From the human T2T-CHM13v2.0 reference genome, Homo sapiens: 64,000 nucleotides of DNA. The notes beneath the pieces are model-generated. The model saw only the letters and a list, made by a program, of their open reading frames with translations, ran no database searches and was not told the DNA's origin. The stretch is taken from NCBI RefSeq assembly GCF_009914755.1, contig NC_060926.1. One strand, 5' to 3'. Both the position numbers and the translations under genes were made by a program. Position 1 is the first letter of the stretch, and every line of letters starts with the position of its first letter. Shown piece by piece: positions 52,646-64,000 of this stretch.

Positions 52646-54348
52646 GTAAGTGACCACAGCAGGATGGCAGTGGGTGGGCAGGGTGGCAGAGTAGGGTGGA
52701 GAGCTGGCTGGGCAGCTGGACACTTAGCCCCCTGCAGAGCAGAGCTAAGTCAAGCTCAAAGGATTTAATGTACCTGCCTGTGAAGCAGAAGGGAGGAAAC
52801 TGTCTGGCCTTTCCTAACCAGGGATGAACAAGAAACTGAACTAAACTGCCAGAAAAGACAATGAGTTTTGGAGGTTTTTCTCCCTGCAGAGATAAAATGT
52901 GAGATGGAAATAAATGTTTTTATCAGTACAGTTATTTGGAGCTTTGAGATACTGACTTTTCCTCTCAAACAAACCCTAAGATTCTCTTCTCCTGCAGAGA
53001 CTTAATGCTTTATGTGTGTAGATCAGGCACAGTTTGCTACATTCTCCAATCATTGGTTCTAGGAATAACCTGATGCCCAATTCTTCATTTTTCTTTCATT
53101 TAAAAACAATATTACCTAAAGATGGGCCAGGCAGTAATGAAAATACGCTGGAGAGGGATATGTTAATATCCTGGCCTTCCTCTCAAATTCTCGTCATCTA
53201 AAGAAAAAAATTCTTGGACTCTACCACTGAATCGGCCAGTAAACTGTTCTGATGCAAGGGTGGCCTGGAGTAGAATACAGTGGAGGCATTAAAGGCTAAT
53301 CATGAGAAAGGCAAGAGTGCCTAGCAAGTGGCTTTGCTAATCTGATCACTCTTAGTACAGCTGGAGTCTCTAGAAGTAACATCCACCCATTCAGAAGCCA
53401 GGGTTACATATCTAAACACTCAATGAGACCAAAAGATAGATTGATAAGGTTTCAAGTTCTTGTCCTCAATCCCTAACGTCTGTTGTGTGCAAATCAAGTG
53501 CCAGTTCCTCACCCTTCCCCTTCCAATGCATTTGTCAAGTTTCCTACATACAGAAAGAGTAATGATTAAATTAAAAATTCCATGTGGCTCTTATATCCTG
53601 AACCATACGCATGTAAGCCAAGGGATTTAATAGCTGCAATCAATTAAAGTGCATCTTGTTGGAATGCTAACTTTCTGCCCAGAAATCAAGGGAGGAAATT
53701 ACATTGCTGTGCAAAGAAGAAGAAAAAACCTTCTTTACATACATTAAAACCTTTCCTTAATCCTTCAAGAGAAAGTACCGTGGCTAGTTCCACGACTGCA
53801 ATTGGCTTTGCTTCTGTTATGTGCAGCTATCTCTTAGACTTCCAAAACATAAAAAATAAAATAGAGCAAGGAGCTCCCTTATTAGGACTTTGTTTGCCTG
53901 GAGGCAAATAACATTCCCTCCCTTGTTGTGTTCAGTTAGAAGGGTTGTGGCTTTTTCTTTTGGCTCTTGCTCTGTATTTGCCTTTAGAAGGTGACGTGGC
54001 AGCCATAGTGGCCAAAGTGCACCTGGGGATGTAGGTTAAGACTGGGCTCTGACTTACCCCAGATCCAACATCTAGCCTAGGGTTGCACACACAGTACAAG
54101 CTCAGCAGGGACTTTTAGGATGAAGGACCCAGCAACACAATTTTGGAGCCAAGTAAAAAAGCCCAAACTAGAAAACCATCTAGGAAGGATAGCTAAAAGC
54201 AAGGAAGAGAAGTAGTTGAGTTTTTTCTGTTTCATAAAAGTTGTAGTTACACCCAAAGAAAGCTGACTTCATTTCCCAAACAGAATGACAACCTCAGAAT
54301 GCTTGAATCTAAAGGGTTATGTTAGGCTTAAAGGAGTTTTTGGGCTGA

Positions 54349-54632
54349 AGCTTCCTCACCTGTCCCCTGTCACTCTATCAAAGGGATAACTCACGTGAAC
54401 ACCTGCAGTTGATTATACTTGGTCAGACGTGAGCTGGACAGATGACTAGTACATTTCATTGGCTGATGAAAAACAAAACATTCCCTTCCTGGAGTCTAGA
54501 TCCCCTCCCCTCCATTTCCCTTTGAAACCCTCTGACTTAATCAATTAAATATGACGTCAGAAATAAATCAAGAAACTACCCAAACTGGAGACCTAGGCAA
54601 TAAAAATTTAAACATTGTACTTTTTAGCATCA
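54349..54632 (+). repeat. Local direct duplication, copy 1
   Basis: Aligns with 56212-56510, including a 37-nt perfect match gtcagaaataaatcaagaaactacccaaactggagac. Confidence 0.9.
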
Positions 54633-54722
54633 GGCGCTTTTTGGCATGTGCTGATTGCCTTAGCGTGTGTGTTGGCCCTGTGAGTTAGGCCACCTAATCT
54701 CCTTCCTAATGTATTTTGGCAG

Positions 54723-54740
54723 GAAAATAAAATAAAATAA
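54723..54740 (+). CDS. ANTXR1: ANTXR1 alternative terminal exon, coding part, short-tail isoform 2 (368 aa): ENKIK*
   Basis: tattttggcag|GAA AAT AAA ATA AAA TAA in phase 0 with the 52645 donor; matches the recalled ATR/sv2 C-terminus (363+5=368 aa). Confidence 0.9.
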   Translation, partial: ENKIK

Positions 54741-54890
54741 CAAGAAGAAGAAAGAAAGAAATCCCACAGAAACAGATAACCTAACACAGCCCGTGCAACG
54801 TATTTTATACAATGCTCTGAAAATCATAGTCTCAATCTAGACAGTCTTTTCCTCTAGTTCCCTGTATTCAAATCCCAGTGTCTAACATTC

Positions 54891-54896
54891 AATAAA
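54891..54896 (+). terminator. Polyadenylation signal AATAAA for isoform 2 (3'UTR about 54741-54912)
   Basis: ctaacattc AATAAA tagctatatgaaatca, about 150 nt after the stop codon. Confidence 0.75.
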
Positions 54897-56211
54897 TAGC
54901 TATATGAAATCAAACACTCTCTGCCGTATATATGAAGACCTTCAGTATTATTTATCCCAACTTTCATCAGCTCTATCAACATCATATTCTGAGAGAGGCA
55001 TGTCTACTATTTAAATAACTAAACTTAGAGAATGAAGATAACTTTATAATAAGCTCTCAGTGACCTTTTTAATAGAAAATATAAAAATTCAGAATGGAAA
55101 AAGGAACTATATGCTGAGATTCTATGTAACCAACGGTGACACACTTGTATGAAGAGGGTACAAAGAGAAATTACTTGAAACTTGAAGAGCTCAATAGAAG
55201 CAAGGAAGCTCAGTTTTAACAACTAAGAGGGACATTTCCTGGGTTAAGAATCTTCTCAAGTGGCACCAGTGGGGATCCCTCCCTAACTCTCCAGTTACTC
55301 CAAATAACTGGCAGTTCGTGGGAGAATGCAGTAATGGAGCACTTCATGTGACGGTTTTGTTCTGCATGTAATCACCTTCCATGGATTTTATGACCATATT
55401 TGAGTTTTTATCAGCCTCATTCGCCTGCAAAAAACAGAGACCAGTTCAAGCTAGTCCAAGATGAAAGAACTCAGGTAGACTGTGGCTGGGGAAAGAACTG
55501 AGGCAGCTCTAGACACCACCCTCATGGGCTTTCGATTTCACTGCTAGCAGCTCTGCTTCTCTCTGGGAATTTATTCCCTTCTGCCTTCTCTTACTGGCCG
55601 CCTCTCTGCCCTTGTAACTCTGGTTTGTACAGAGCCCTCTCTCCTGACTCCATCTGATATTTCTAGTCTTCATTTCACCATCTGCCCCCAGTGCTTATAG
55701 CTGAGTCTCTCAGTTTCCATCTTTCAGTTCCCAATAGGGGAAAATACTTGGTCCAGCTCATCTTTTCACTCCAGACCATAGATCATCAGTCACAGCTCAC
55801 AGCCAACCAACAGACTGGTGCTCTTGGGTCACATCTGGCCAAAGAGAAGCTTCCTAGTAAGCCCCGTGGCCATGGTGAGAATAGCTCCCCTCAGAAGGAG
55901 GAATGGACCTGGTGCAGGCCCTGTGGCCTCTCTGAAATAGTATTGTTTCAGAAACTAAACTTCGGTCTCATTAAATACTATCAAAATAAAAGCTACACCC
56001 AGGAATCCATACCATATTCTTCCAACATCTGCCACTTTTACAGGCTCTCAAAGATCCTATCGTTCCCAATATCAAGCATATTTGAAAGGCAATAGATAGC
56101 AGGAAGCCCCATGACTGAATGGAAAGTGGGTTATGGCTTAGCCCCAAGCAGCTCCATGTCTCAGACACACACAGACCTACATATGAAGTAAATGTACTGG
56201 AAAGAGAAGAT

Positions 56212-56510
56212 GCTTCCTTTCCCATGTCCTGTCTCACTCTATCAAAGGCATAGCTCTGGAAACACCTGCCATTTTCTTCCTTAATCACACTGCCTTGGCC
56301 AGACCTGGGCTGGACAGATGACTAGTACATTTTATTTGCAATGAAAAACAAAACATTCCTTTCCTGGAGCCTAGAGCGCCTCCCCTTGTTCATTTCCCTT
56401 TGAAACCCTCTGGCTTAATCAACTAAATATTATGTCAGAAATAAATCAAGAAACTACCCAAACTGGAGACATAGGCAATAATAGTTAAAACATTGTACTT
56501 TTTAGCATCA
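56212..56510 (+). repeat. Local direct duplication, copy 2
   Basis: Aligns with 54349-54632 at an offset of about 1.87 kb. Confidence 0.9.
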
Positions 56511-56711
56511 AGCAAATCAAGGTCTTAGAATCTGACTTGAGGGACATTAGAGAAGTCAAATAGGGTAGAGGTAAAAGGTATGTAAGTAGCCCCAATGTTT
56601 TTTGATATTTAAAAATCTTATTTATTCAACAACTCTAGAATGAGTGCTCCTGTGCGCTGATAGCAAGTGTGAGATTCTCTGCCAGAGTTGCCTTAAGAGA
56701 GTGTGTAACTG

Positions 56712-57006
56712 GGCCAGGTACAGTGGCTCATGCCTGTAATTCCAGCACTTTGGGAGGCCGAGGCGGGCAGAGTACTTGAGACCAGCCTGGCCAACATGGC
56801 AAAACACTGTCTCTACTAAAAATACAAAAAATTACCCGGGCATGGTGGCACATTCCTGTAATCCTAGCTGATCAGGAGGCTAAGGCAGAAGAATTGCTTA
56901 AACCTGGGAGGTGGAAGTTGCAGTGAGCCAAGATCACACCACTGCATTCCAGACTGGGCGACAGAGCAAGACTCTATCTCAAAAAAAAAAAGAGAGAGAG
57001 AGAGAG
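56712..57006 (+). mobile_element. AluS SINE with (AG)n tail
   Basis: Alu consensus with a small left-arm deletion; TSD ending gtgtaactgg. Confidence 0.92.
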
Positions 57007-57681
57007 TGTAACTGGACATTTATAAAGTTGGTGACCTAATCAGTCCTAATCAGGAAGAAAGGCAGAGATTCCTGGTGGATATTGCATGTGAATGTATGAA
57101 AATTAATAATAATAGTGGTTAATTACTGAAGATGACATTTATTGAGCATTTATAACTATCCAGGCAATTATGTGAAGCACTTTTTGTGGTACATTTCATT
57201 TTATCATTCAGCAGCCCTGAAACAAAAGTGTGCTATTATGAACCCCTACCTTATAGATGCAAAACTGAGGTATAATGAGATTAAAATACCAGTGGCCCCA
57301 ATATTTCAGTTATTAAGTGATGGGACTGGGATTCAAACTTGTACCTGAAAAAGAAGCATAGAGCAGTCTTTCCTCACTGGTCCCTGAAGACAATGTAGCT
57401 CCTGCAACCAAGAGCAAGTCTTCCTGATGCTCATTGTTGGGAGCATCAGGTGCTCCTTTCTTGAGTGGCAGTGTCACCTGTCTCTGACCCGTGTCACTCA
57501 CACAGGGCACACAGCCCCTTTTAAGACTGACGTAAAGATGGTTACTTATTTTCTGTGCTCTGTCCATGGCCCTAGTGTGTAGCTATTCTCATTAGCTCTC
57601 TTATCCCTATGTTTCCCGCCTGTCTTCTCTTTCATGCTCCCATGTCACCATGTCTCATCATGAAGCTTTAGAATATATCTG

Positions 57682-57992
57682 GGAGCTTGGTATGGTGACT
57701 CACTCCTGTAACCCCAGCACCTTGGGAGGCTGAAGCAGGATTGCTTGGGGCCAGGAGTTCGAGACCAGCCTGGGTAACATAGGGAGACCGCCCCCCGCCC
57801 CCGCCGCCGATATCTACAAAAATAAAAATTAGCTTGGCATGGTGGCTGTCACACATGTGGTCCCAGCTACTGGGGAGGCTGAGGCTGGAGGGTCACTTAA
57901 GCCCAGAAGCTGGAAACTGCAGTGAACCATGTTCATGCCACTGCACTCTAGCCTGGGCAACAGAGCAAGACCCCAACTCTTCCAAAAAAAGA
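57682..57992 (+). mobile_element. AluJ SINE with an internal C/CpG-rich expansion
   Basis: Alu dimer; gagaccgcccccccgcccccgccgccg at about 57784-57809. Confidence 0.88.
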
Positions 57993-58418
57993 AGAATGTG
58001 TCTTCTTGTTTTAATCATGGGTTAGTATATATGCACTGGGGGGCGGGTGAGAGTGGGAAAGGATGTGAATATGTGGACATCTATAGGTTGGTATTTTGTA
58101 TCTGAAGGGAGAGGGGTGCCTATTGAAAGCATTGATGCCCATCCAGTGAACAATAGGCACCTGGCTTTGAAGGATGAGCTTATTTTCAGATTTATTATTA
58201 TGCTCACTGATCCTAAAAATTTCTCTGTGGCAAGAAATGTTTAGATAGGAAAACTGAGCTATGGAAAATTATACAGGGCCAGATAAGTTGAACTCCTAAT
58301 AGCAACAGGTCTGGCATCCTTCCAGCCATGTCTACACAGACACCCAGAGTAGCCTCCACCCTGGAGGGATGAAGGGCCAAGCTACTGTCAGGCATCTTCT
58401 TGCCAGTGACCATTAAAT

Positions 58419-58470
58419 ACACATACACAGACACCCCCCCACACACACATACACACACACACACATACAC
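58419..58470. repeat. Imperfect (CA)n microsatellite
   Basis: acacatacacagacacccccccacacacacatacacacacacacacatacac. Confidence 0.85.
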
Positions 58471-59320
58471 TCCAAACAGAAGTCCTAGAGAAGGCCCAAA
58501 ATTCCGTATTCTATGTTTTAATACTTTAAAAAAAAAAAAAAAGAACATTGCTGCTAGGAAAATAAACACCTTATTCTTTACTGAAGAATACAGGACAATC
58601 CTTGTGTTGTCTTTAATCACTTTGTTTACGTAAACAGATATAATGGTGCCATGACATGTGAAATGCGGCTCAGAATGGTGAAATCTTAAATCCTCTGGAG
58701 TGTTGTATTTACAAACAGAAGTATTGCTGGATCTTTCTGACTTGCCAATTCACTCCTAGGAGTTTACCTCCAAGACTGACATTGAGGGGATCTCCCTGAC
58801 TTCTCCCCAAAGACCAAATGAGACAGTCCTGCCAGTTCTACTTTAAGTTCTGCCCTTCGAAGCCTCCCAGACCTGGGAGTTTCTGTAGCCTTAGTCCTTT
58901 AATTCATGTCGTCATTCTCACGAAACTCACTCCTCTATAAATGTAAACAATATTGTCGACAGCTGAGTTCTCTTTATTTTCTCAAAATATAACACTGTGC
59001 TGGCAGGTGATGGGGACTCAATGATAGTTGCTTGAGTTAGTGAAATAATTGACAAATAAAAATCTCTTGTTGAGCTTATGCATTTAAGATGTGCTCCAGT
59101 TCAATGACATTTAAAATTAATTTAAAAGCTGATTTAAAGCTACTGCCTTGGGTTTGATTCTCTTTCAGTTATGTGCTCCTTTTCATTGATAGTTCCTATT
59201 GAAACCTGCAGTGAACTGGGAGTTGTAAGCCTTCTTGAGTCAAACCGGCCATGTGGCTCTTCTAGTAAATGGATACCAGAGAAGCAGGAAAGTTAAAGAA
59301 CTTATCAATTGAGTCTGAGA

Positions 59321-59400
59321 GGGCCACCCTTTGCACAACTCCAGGGGACGCTATTCACATCAAGTCTGTGGAGTTGTCCCATGCACAGTATACATGCAGG
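59321..59400. mobile_element. MER91A-like hAT MITE remnant
   Basis: tgcacaactccaggggacgctattcacat...tggagttgt; partially palindromic. Confidence 0.55.
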
Positions 59401-60669
59401 AGTGAGGCAGTCCCAGAATCTGGAAAATTCATCCTTTCTACCCTCTGGTTTGCTTAATAACTAACAGTTAAACGTGTTGAGTGAGTGGAAGGTGGAGTTG
59501 TGGAAACTCATGAGGCGAGAGCATTGCATTCTCTGGGGAACCCGGGAGTTCTTGGCAGAATAGGTTACGCTTAAACAACATTAAGGGATGGGTAGAAGCA
59601 ATGGGAGAAGGGCTTTCCAGGCATGTGGAGCCCTGCATGTTGAAGCGTGGAGCTGCACAAAAGCCTGGCATGATTGGGAAAGATGGGAAAAGTTCAGGGT
59701 CTGAGGACAGCACAGGGCTAATCCAATTACAGGCTAACCAAGTGAGTTCACAGACTTCATCCTCTACAGCTGTTTCTTCCTCGAACAGCACTGTGCCTGC
59801 AGGCACACCCAGGTCTGCCTGAGGACACGCAGGTCAGAAGGGGCCTCTACCATCTGAGGAATGTGCTGCCATTTGTGTTACCCAAGCTCCAGCCAGCTGG
59901 ACGTCTGGAGCCACCACATCCTTTCAGATTTAAACACAACTTCCCTTGATGGGAAACCGGCCTCCCTCCCCAATCCCTGCGGTTTCTCCCAGGCACCACT
60001 GACTCCTACTCCTCGCTTCTTCCGCGTTATCTCATCTTCTCGGTTTGCTAGACACGATCTAGCAGCTCTGGCACAAATCCAACTGCGCAGCAAATTTTAC
60101 TGAAGGTTTAAAAGTATAGTGCAGCCCACAACCCCTGACGGAATATTAAAGGGACTCTTATTTACCACCGGCCACCCCCACCACTCGGGGGGATTGGGGG
60201 TCGTAGCTGTTCACTGGTAGCTCTGCCCCACTCTGTTCTGCTCATCTTCTCATTCCCCACAAGCCCCTGATTTCTCATTCACAGCAATTGGGCTCATCCA
60301 GCCCCATCCTCCAATAACCATAGAGGACAGCAAGGTTTTTGTTTTGTTTTGTTTACTAAAGGAAAGCCAGCTCACACTGAGGATTTCTATACTGGTGTTT
60401 TCTCCCTCCCTGCTACCATCCTTGAAGGGCAGTGTAGGAGGAAGATCTCAAGAGCCTTTATGATTTAATGAGATGTAAAAATCCACCCTCCAGTGCTGCC
60501 GAGTTTCTTAGTGGCCTTGCTGAGGGGCTGGGATTCTACTCCGTCCATTTTTGGCCAAATGGAAAGACACATCAAAGATTCCCTTCTCTTCCTGGGGATT
60601 GCAAAACCCTTCTGTCTCCAGAATGTGTAAACAGACCCATGCTAACTGCAGGGGAAACTCTGACTCTCC

Positions 60670-61050
60670 CGTCCGTCAGCCCCTGGGCCTTTGTGCTGCC
60701 TGGTGCTGTTGTCTGAGCTTGGCAGGCCAGCTCCGGTCAGGGGATTAAGCGACGGGCTCGGTGGCGCGGCAGCGTGTGGAGATTGCCCAAGCCCTAGGCA
60801 TTTCCTGTTGCGAGAAGGCCAGGCCCTGCCCTTGAGCACGAGGGCGGCGCCTCCTTCCCCAGGCCAGGGACAAGAGGGAGGAGCCAGGGACTAGAGGGAG
60901 GGGCCAGCGGCAAGAGGGAGGGGCCAGGGGCAAGAGGGAGGGGCCAGGGACTAGAGGGAGAACTGCCCCCGTGTGCAAGTGGAACCTGGAAAGCGGGGAA
61001 ACCGGCTTCATGCATCTTACTATATCCTGAGCACTCAGCGGGGTTGCGAA
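60670..61050. promoter_or_regulatory. Small CpG-rich intronic patch, candidate regulatory element
   Basis: Roughly 20 CpGs by eye in about 380 bp against a CpG-depleted background; not within a recognised repeat. Confidence 0.5.
60861..60960 (+). repeat. 20-bp minisatellite, 5 copies (consensus GGGCCAGGGRCWAGAGGGAG)
   Basis: Units start at 60861, 60881, 60901, 60921 and 60941. Confidence 0.92.
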
Positions 61051-61619
61051 TTAGAGAAAGCCAGTTGTAAATCCTTCTTTAAGTTCTTTTCGTAAAATAT
61101 AGGGGGAGAAAAACCCCTGGACAAGGCATCAGAAAACCACACCAGAACTTCACCTTTAGGGGTCACTTCATTTCTCTAGATCTGACTCCTCTTCTGTGCA
61201 GTGAAAAGACTTAATTAGATGAGCTCCTAAAAAATTAAGAGGCTCATGAACCTAGTTGAGTCCCCTGTGGAATAAAGCGGCTTTATTCTTGGAGTTTCTT
61301 AACGTTCGTGGTGCTGCTGTGTTCAGCTTTAGGGGATAGAATTTCTGTTATCTCCTTTGGAAAACTGCCCCAGACTGGGAATGCCCAGGCTTTCAGAGCC
61401 ATATTTTGTATATCTGTGTTCACAGCCACTTACACAGAAACATACATCCACCTCCAATGTAAAGTTTAACCACATATAGGACATATAAGATTCCTGCTTT
61501 CACATCATAAGGTGAAAGAAACCTCGGAAATTCTAAGGTAAAGTAATATGAACTATAATATTTTATTGTGTTGGGGACTTTATTTTGTTATATTTTGCAG
61601 TTATAAATTATCAAAATTA

Positions 61620-61894
61620 AGTCCATGTGCGGTGGCTCACACCTGTAATCCCAGCACATTGGGAGGCTGAGGTGAGAGGATCACTTGAGCCCAGGAGTTT
61701 GTGACCGGCCTGGGCAATATGGCAAAACCCCATCTTTACAAAAAATAGAAAAATTAGCTGGGTGCATTGATATGTGTCTGTAGTCCCAGCTACTCAGGCA
61801 GGCTGAGGTGAGAGAATTGCTTGAGCTGTGGTAGTTGAGGCTGCACTCCAGCCTGGGTGACAGAGTGAGACCCTGTCTCCAAAAAAAAAAAAAA
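61620..61894 (+). mobile_element. AluJ SINE with a right-arm deletion
   Basis: Alu dimer; TSD aaattatcaaaatta. Confidence 0.9.
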
Positions 61895-62974
61895 ATTATC
61901 AAAATTAGCAGGTACAAGGAGAAGTCAAAAATGAGCGTGTATTTGTTGCCATCAAATGATTGGAAAAGCAAACCACAAAAGAACAAAATCCAGACTGGCC
62001 AATGCTGAGAAACAATCAAAGGAGAATGAGGTTGCATGAGTTCAAATCCAGCTCTGTCACATACAAGCTGGGTGACCTAAGTCATTTAACGTCTCTATTC
62101 TCGTTCTCTAAAATAGGAATAATAACACCATGTACCTTCCTGGGTGGTTGCAAGATTAAAGGATTAATAATACATTTAAAGTGCTCAAAAGAGTGACTGG
62201 CACATAACATGGGAAAGGCTGCATAAATTCAATGGTGTGTTATCATGAATGCAATATGTGTTTATCGAGCACCTACTTTGCACTTAGAATACAAGGGTCA
62301 GCAGAATCTGAGAGCGAGCAACCAAGTAAGAGAGAGAGAGACACCCAAGTGTCAGCTGTCAGAATGTTGTACGTCCTAGTCTGCTGTGACCTCTCTGTCC
62401 TTTAAGATGTATTAAATTTTTTGAAAATCATTTTAAAGAAGACTGCCCATCCCAAGCACAACATGTAACTCAGGGAGTCTTAATGTGCCAACATGTTTCT
62501 GCTTTGCTTTGTCACCTTTTGTCCTGACCTCTCCTGCCTTTGCTTTTTTGCACCTTGCCTCCTGCATGGGGTGCCCCATCCCACGCAGTGGTGCCCTGCA
62601 TAGGACTTCACCCAAATGCCACCAAAACAAGGCTGTGAGAAGCAGGCTTCAGCATTGTGAGCAATTTCTCCCTCTTTTGTTCATTCCTCTGCTTTATCAA
62701 CCCCTTTTCCAGCTTCCTTTCTCTACCCAGGAGAGAAATCATGCCACTTCCTTATAATCCATCCATGACTATAAATGGTGATATTTTTCTCCCCACAACA
62801 AGAATAATTACAGTGCCAAGATGAAGAGCAGTTGCTACATCTCCTCCCTTTTTCCATCCACAGTTACAAGTTCCTCATCTTCTTTCTTCATCTTAAAAAA
62901 TATAAACACTAACTTCTTGTCACTGAGCTAAGTTGCAGACACTTAATTAACTGCTTTATTTGAGTCATCTTATT

Positions 62975-63910
62975 TAACTTATTTGTAAATTCAACAGATA
63001 ATTCTTGGGCACCCACCACATACAACATAGTGCTATTCTAAAGACTGGGAATACAATTGTAAGCATGACAAACAAAAGCCTCTGTGGAACGTACGTTCTA
63101 GTGTGGAGAGACAGATATTAAGTAAATATCAAGCCATGATGAGATCCTTAACTAAAAATAAAACAGATTGATGGAATGAAGAGACCGCGGCTACTTTAGA
63201 AGAAATTTCCAGGGGAGGTTTCTCTGAGGAGTAATATGAAAATCCATCCATCAGAAGATGGGGTGGGGGAAGTGCTTTCCTAGACAAGGGGACAAGGGGA
63301 CACTGTGCACAGGCCCCAAGACAGGAATTTGCCCAGAGTATTTGAGAGAGGGCAGGCAGGCTGGAGCTCAGGAGGAGGGGGGCACATGATAAGGAAGAAG
63401 GCCAGAAAGGTGAGCAAAGGCCAGAACACACAGGGCAGAGCTGGCGTTTGCACTTACTCTGCTGCTTTGTGGAGAACAGATCATAGGTGAGTCTTAGGGC
63501 AGCAGGAGGCCAGTTGGGAAGCTACCACAGTGTCCATGAGCAAGTGCATGGGGGCTTGGGCCCAGGATAGTGGTGGTGGGGATGGAGAAGTCAACAGATT
63601 TTAGATCTTTAAGTAGTAGCAACAGAACTAGCTGGCAAGTTGGGACAAGTTGGGGAGAGGCAGTAAAGAAGAGAGAGGCAGTGGGGAAGACTACAGGAGG
63701 AGCATGTTTAGGGTAGGGAAATCAGGACATCTCTGCTGTGGTGTTGTTGAGATGTTTTTTAGCCCCCAAATAATGTGAATGTCAAGTGAGCAGTTGGAGT
63801 TCAGAAGCATCAGGGCTGAAGATGTAAAGTCACAAGTCATTAGCATGTAGGTGGGGTTAGATGCGATTCCCACAAAGGAGTAGAGCTGTAGAAGAGAACA
63901 AGAGAACAGG
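62975..63910 (-). mobile_element. L2 LINE fragment
   Basis: attcaacagataattcttgggcacc...ctgggaatacaattgtaagcatgacaaacaaaa reverse L2 3' end and purine-rich body. Confidence 0.65.
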
Positions 63911-64000
63911 ACTGTACCACAAACTTACCAGGTAGCACTGCTTACATTCCCACTCTACAGATAAGGAAAACAAGCTTAGGTGGTTTCAGTGATTGGCCCA

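Noticed and set aside
60861-60960. CRISPR-like array
   Set aside because: Head-to-tail tandem units with no unique spacers, in eukaryotic DNA; a minisatellite.

Overview
Primate (almost certainly human) genomic DNA lying entirely inside ANTXR1 (TEM8, anthrax toxin receptor 1), transcribed on the + strand. Four constitutive coding exons can be read with canonical AG/GT boundaries: 5373-5442, 6921-6999, the transmembrane exon 34525-34620 and 52604-52645. Two known alternative terminal exons are also present: 27682 onwards (soluble isoform tail SLHKIASGPTTAACME*) and 54723 onwards (short-tail isoform ENKIK*). The rest is intron filled with Alu, L1, L2, MIR, MaLR LTR and DNA-transposon relics; apart from a few that overlap these exons, the ORF-track entries look like noise. 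I see no wholly new biological system. The best leads are: (1) the soluble-isoform exon appears to be exonised from a hAT-Tip100 MITE (MER69A-like); (2) a candidate further in-frame terminal exon with its own AATAAA at 17351-17454; (3) a near-perfect 33-bp pre-miRNA-like hairpin inside an L2 at 9769-9845; (4) a TSD-flanked ~670-bp retroposed mRNA 3'UTR splitting a MIR; (5) a ~290-bp direct duplication bracketing the ENKIK exon; (6) a strong sense-strand bias of Alus. Repeat subfamily names and isoform identities come from recalled consensus sequences and should be confirmed with RepeatMasker/Dfam and BLAT.
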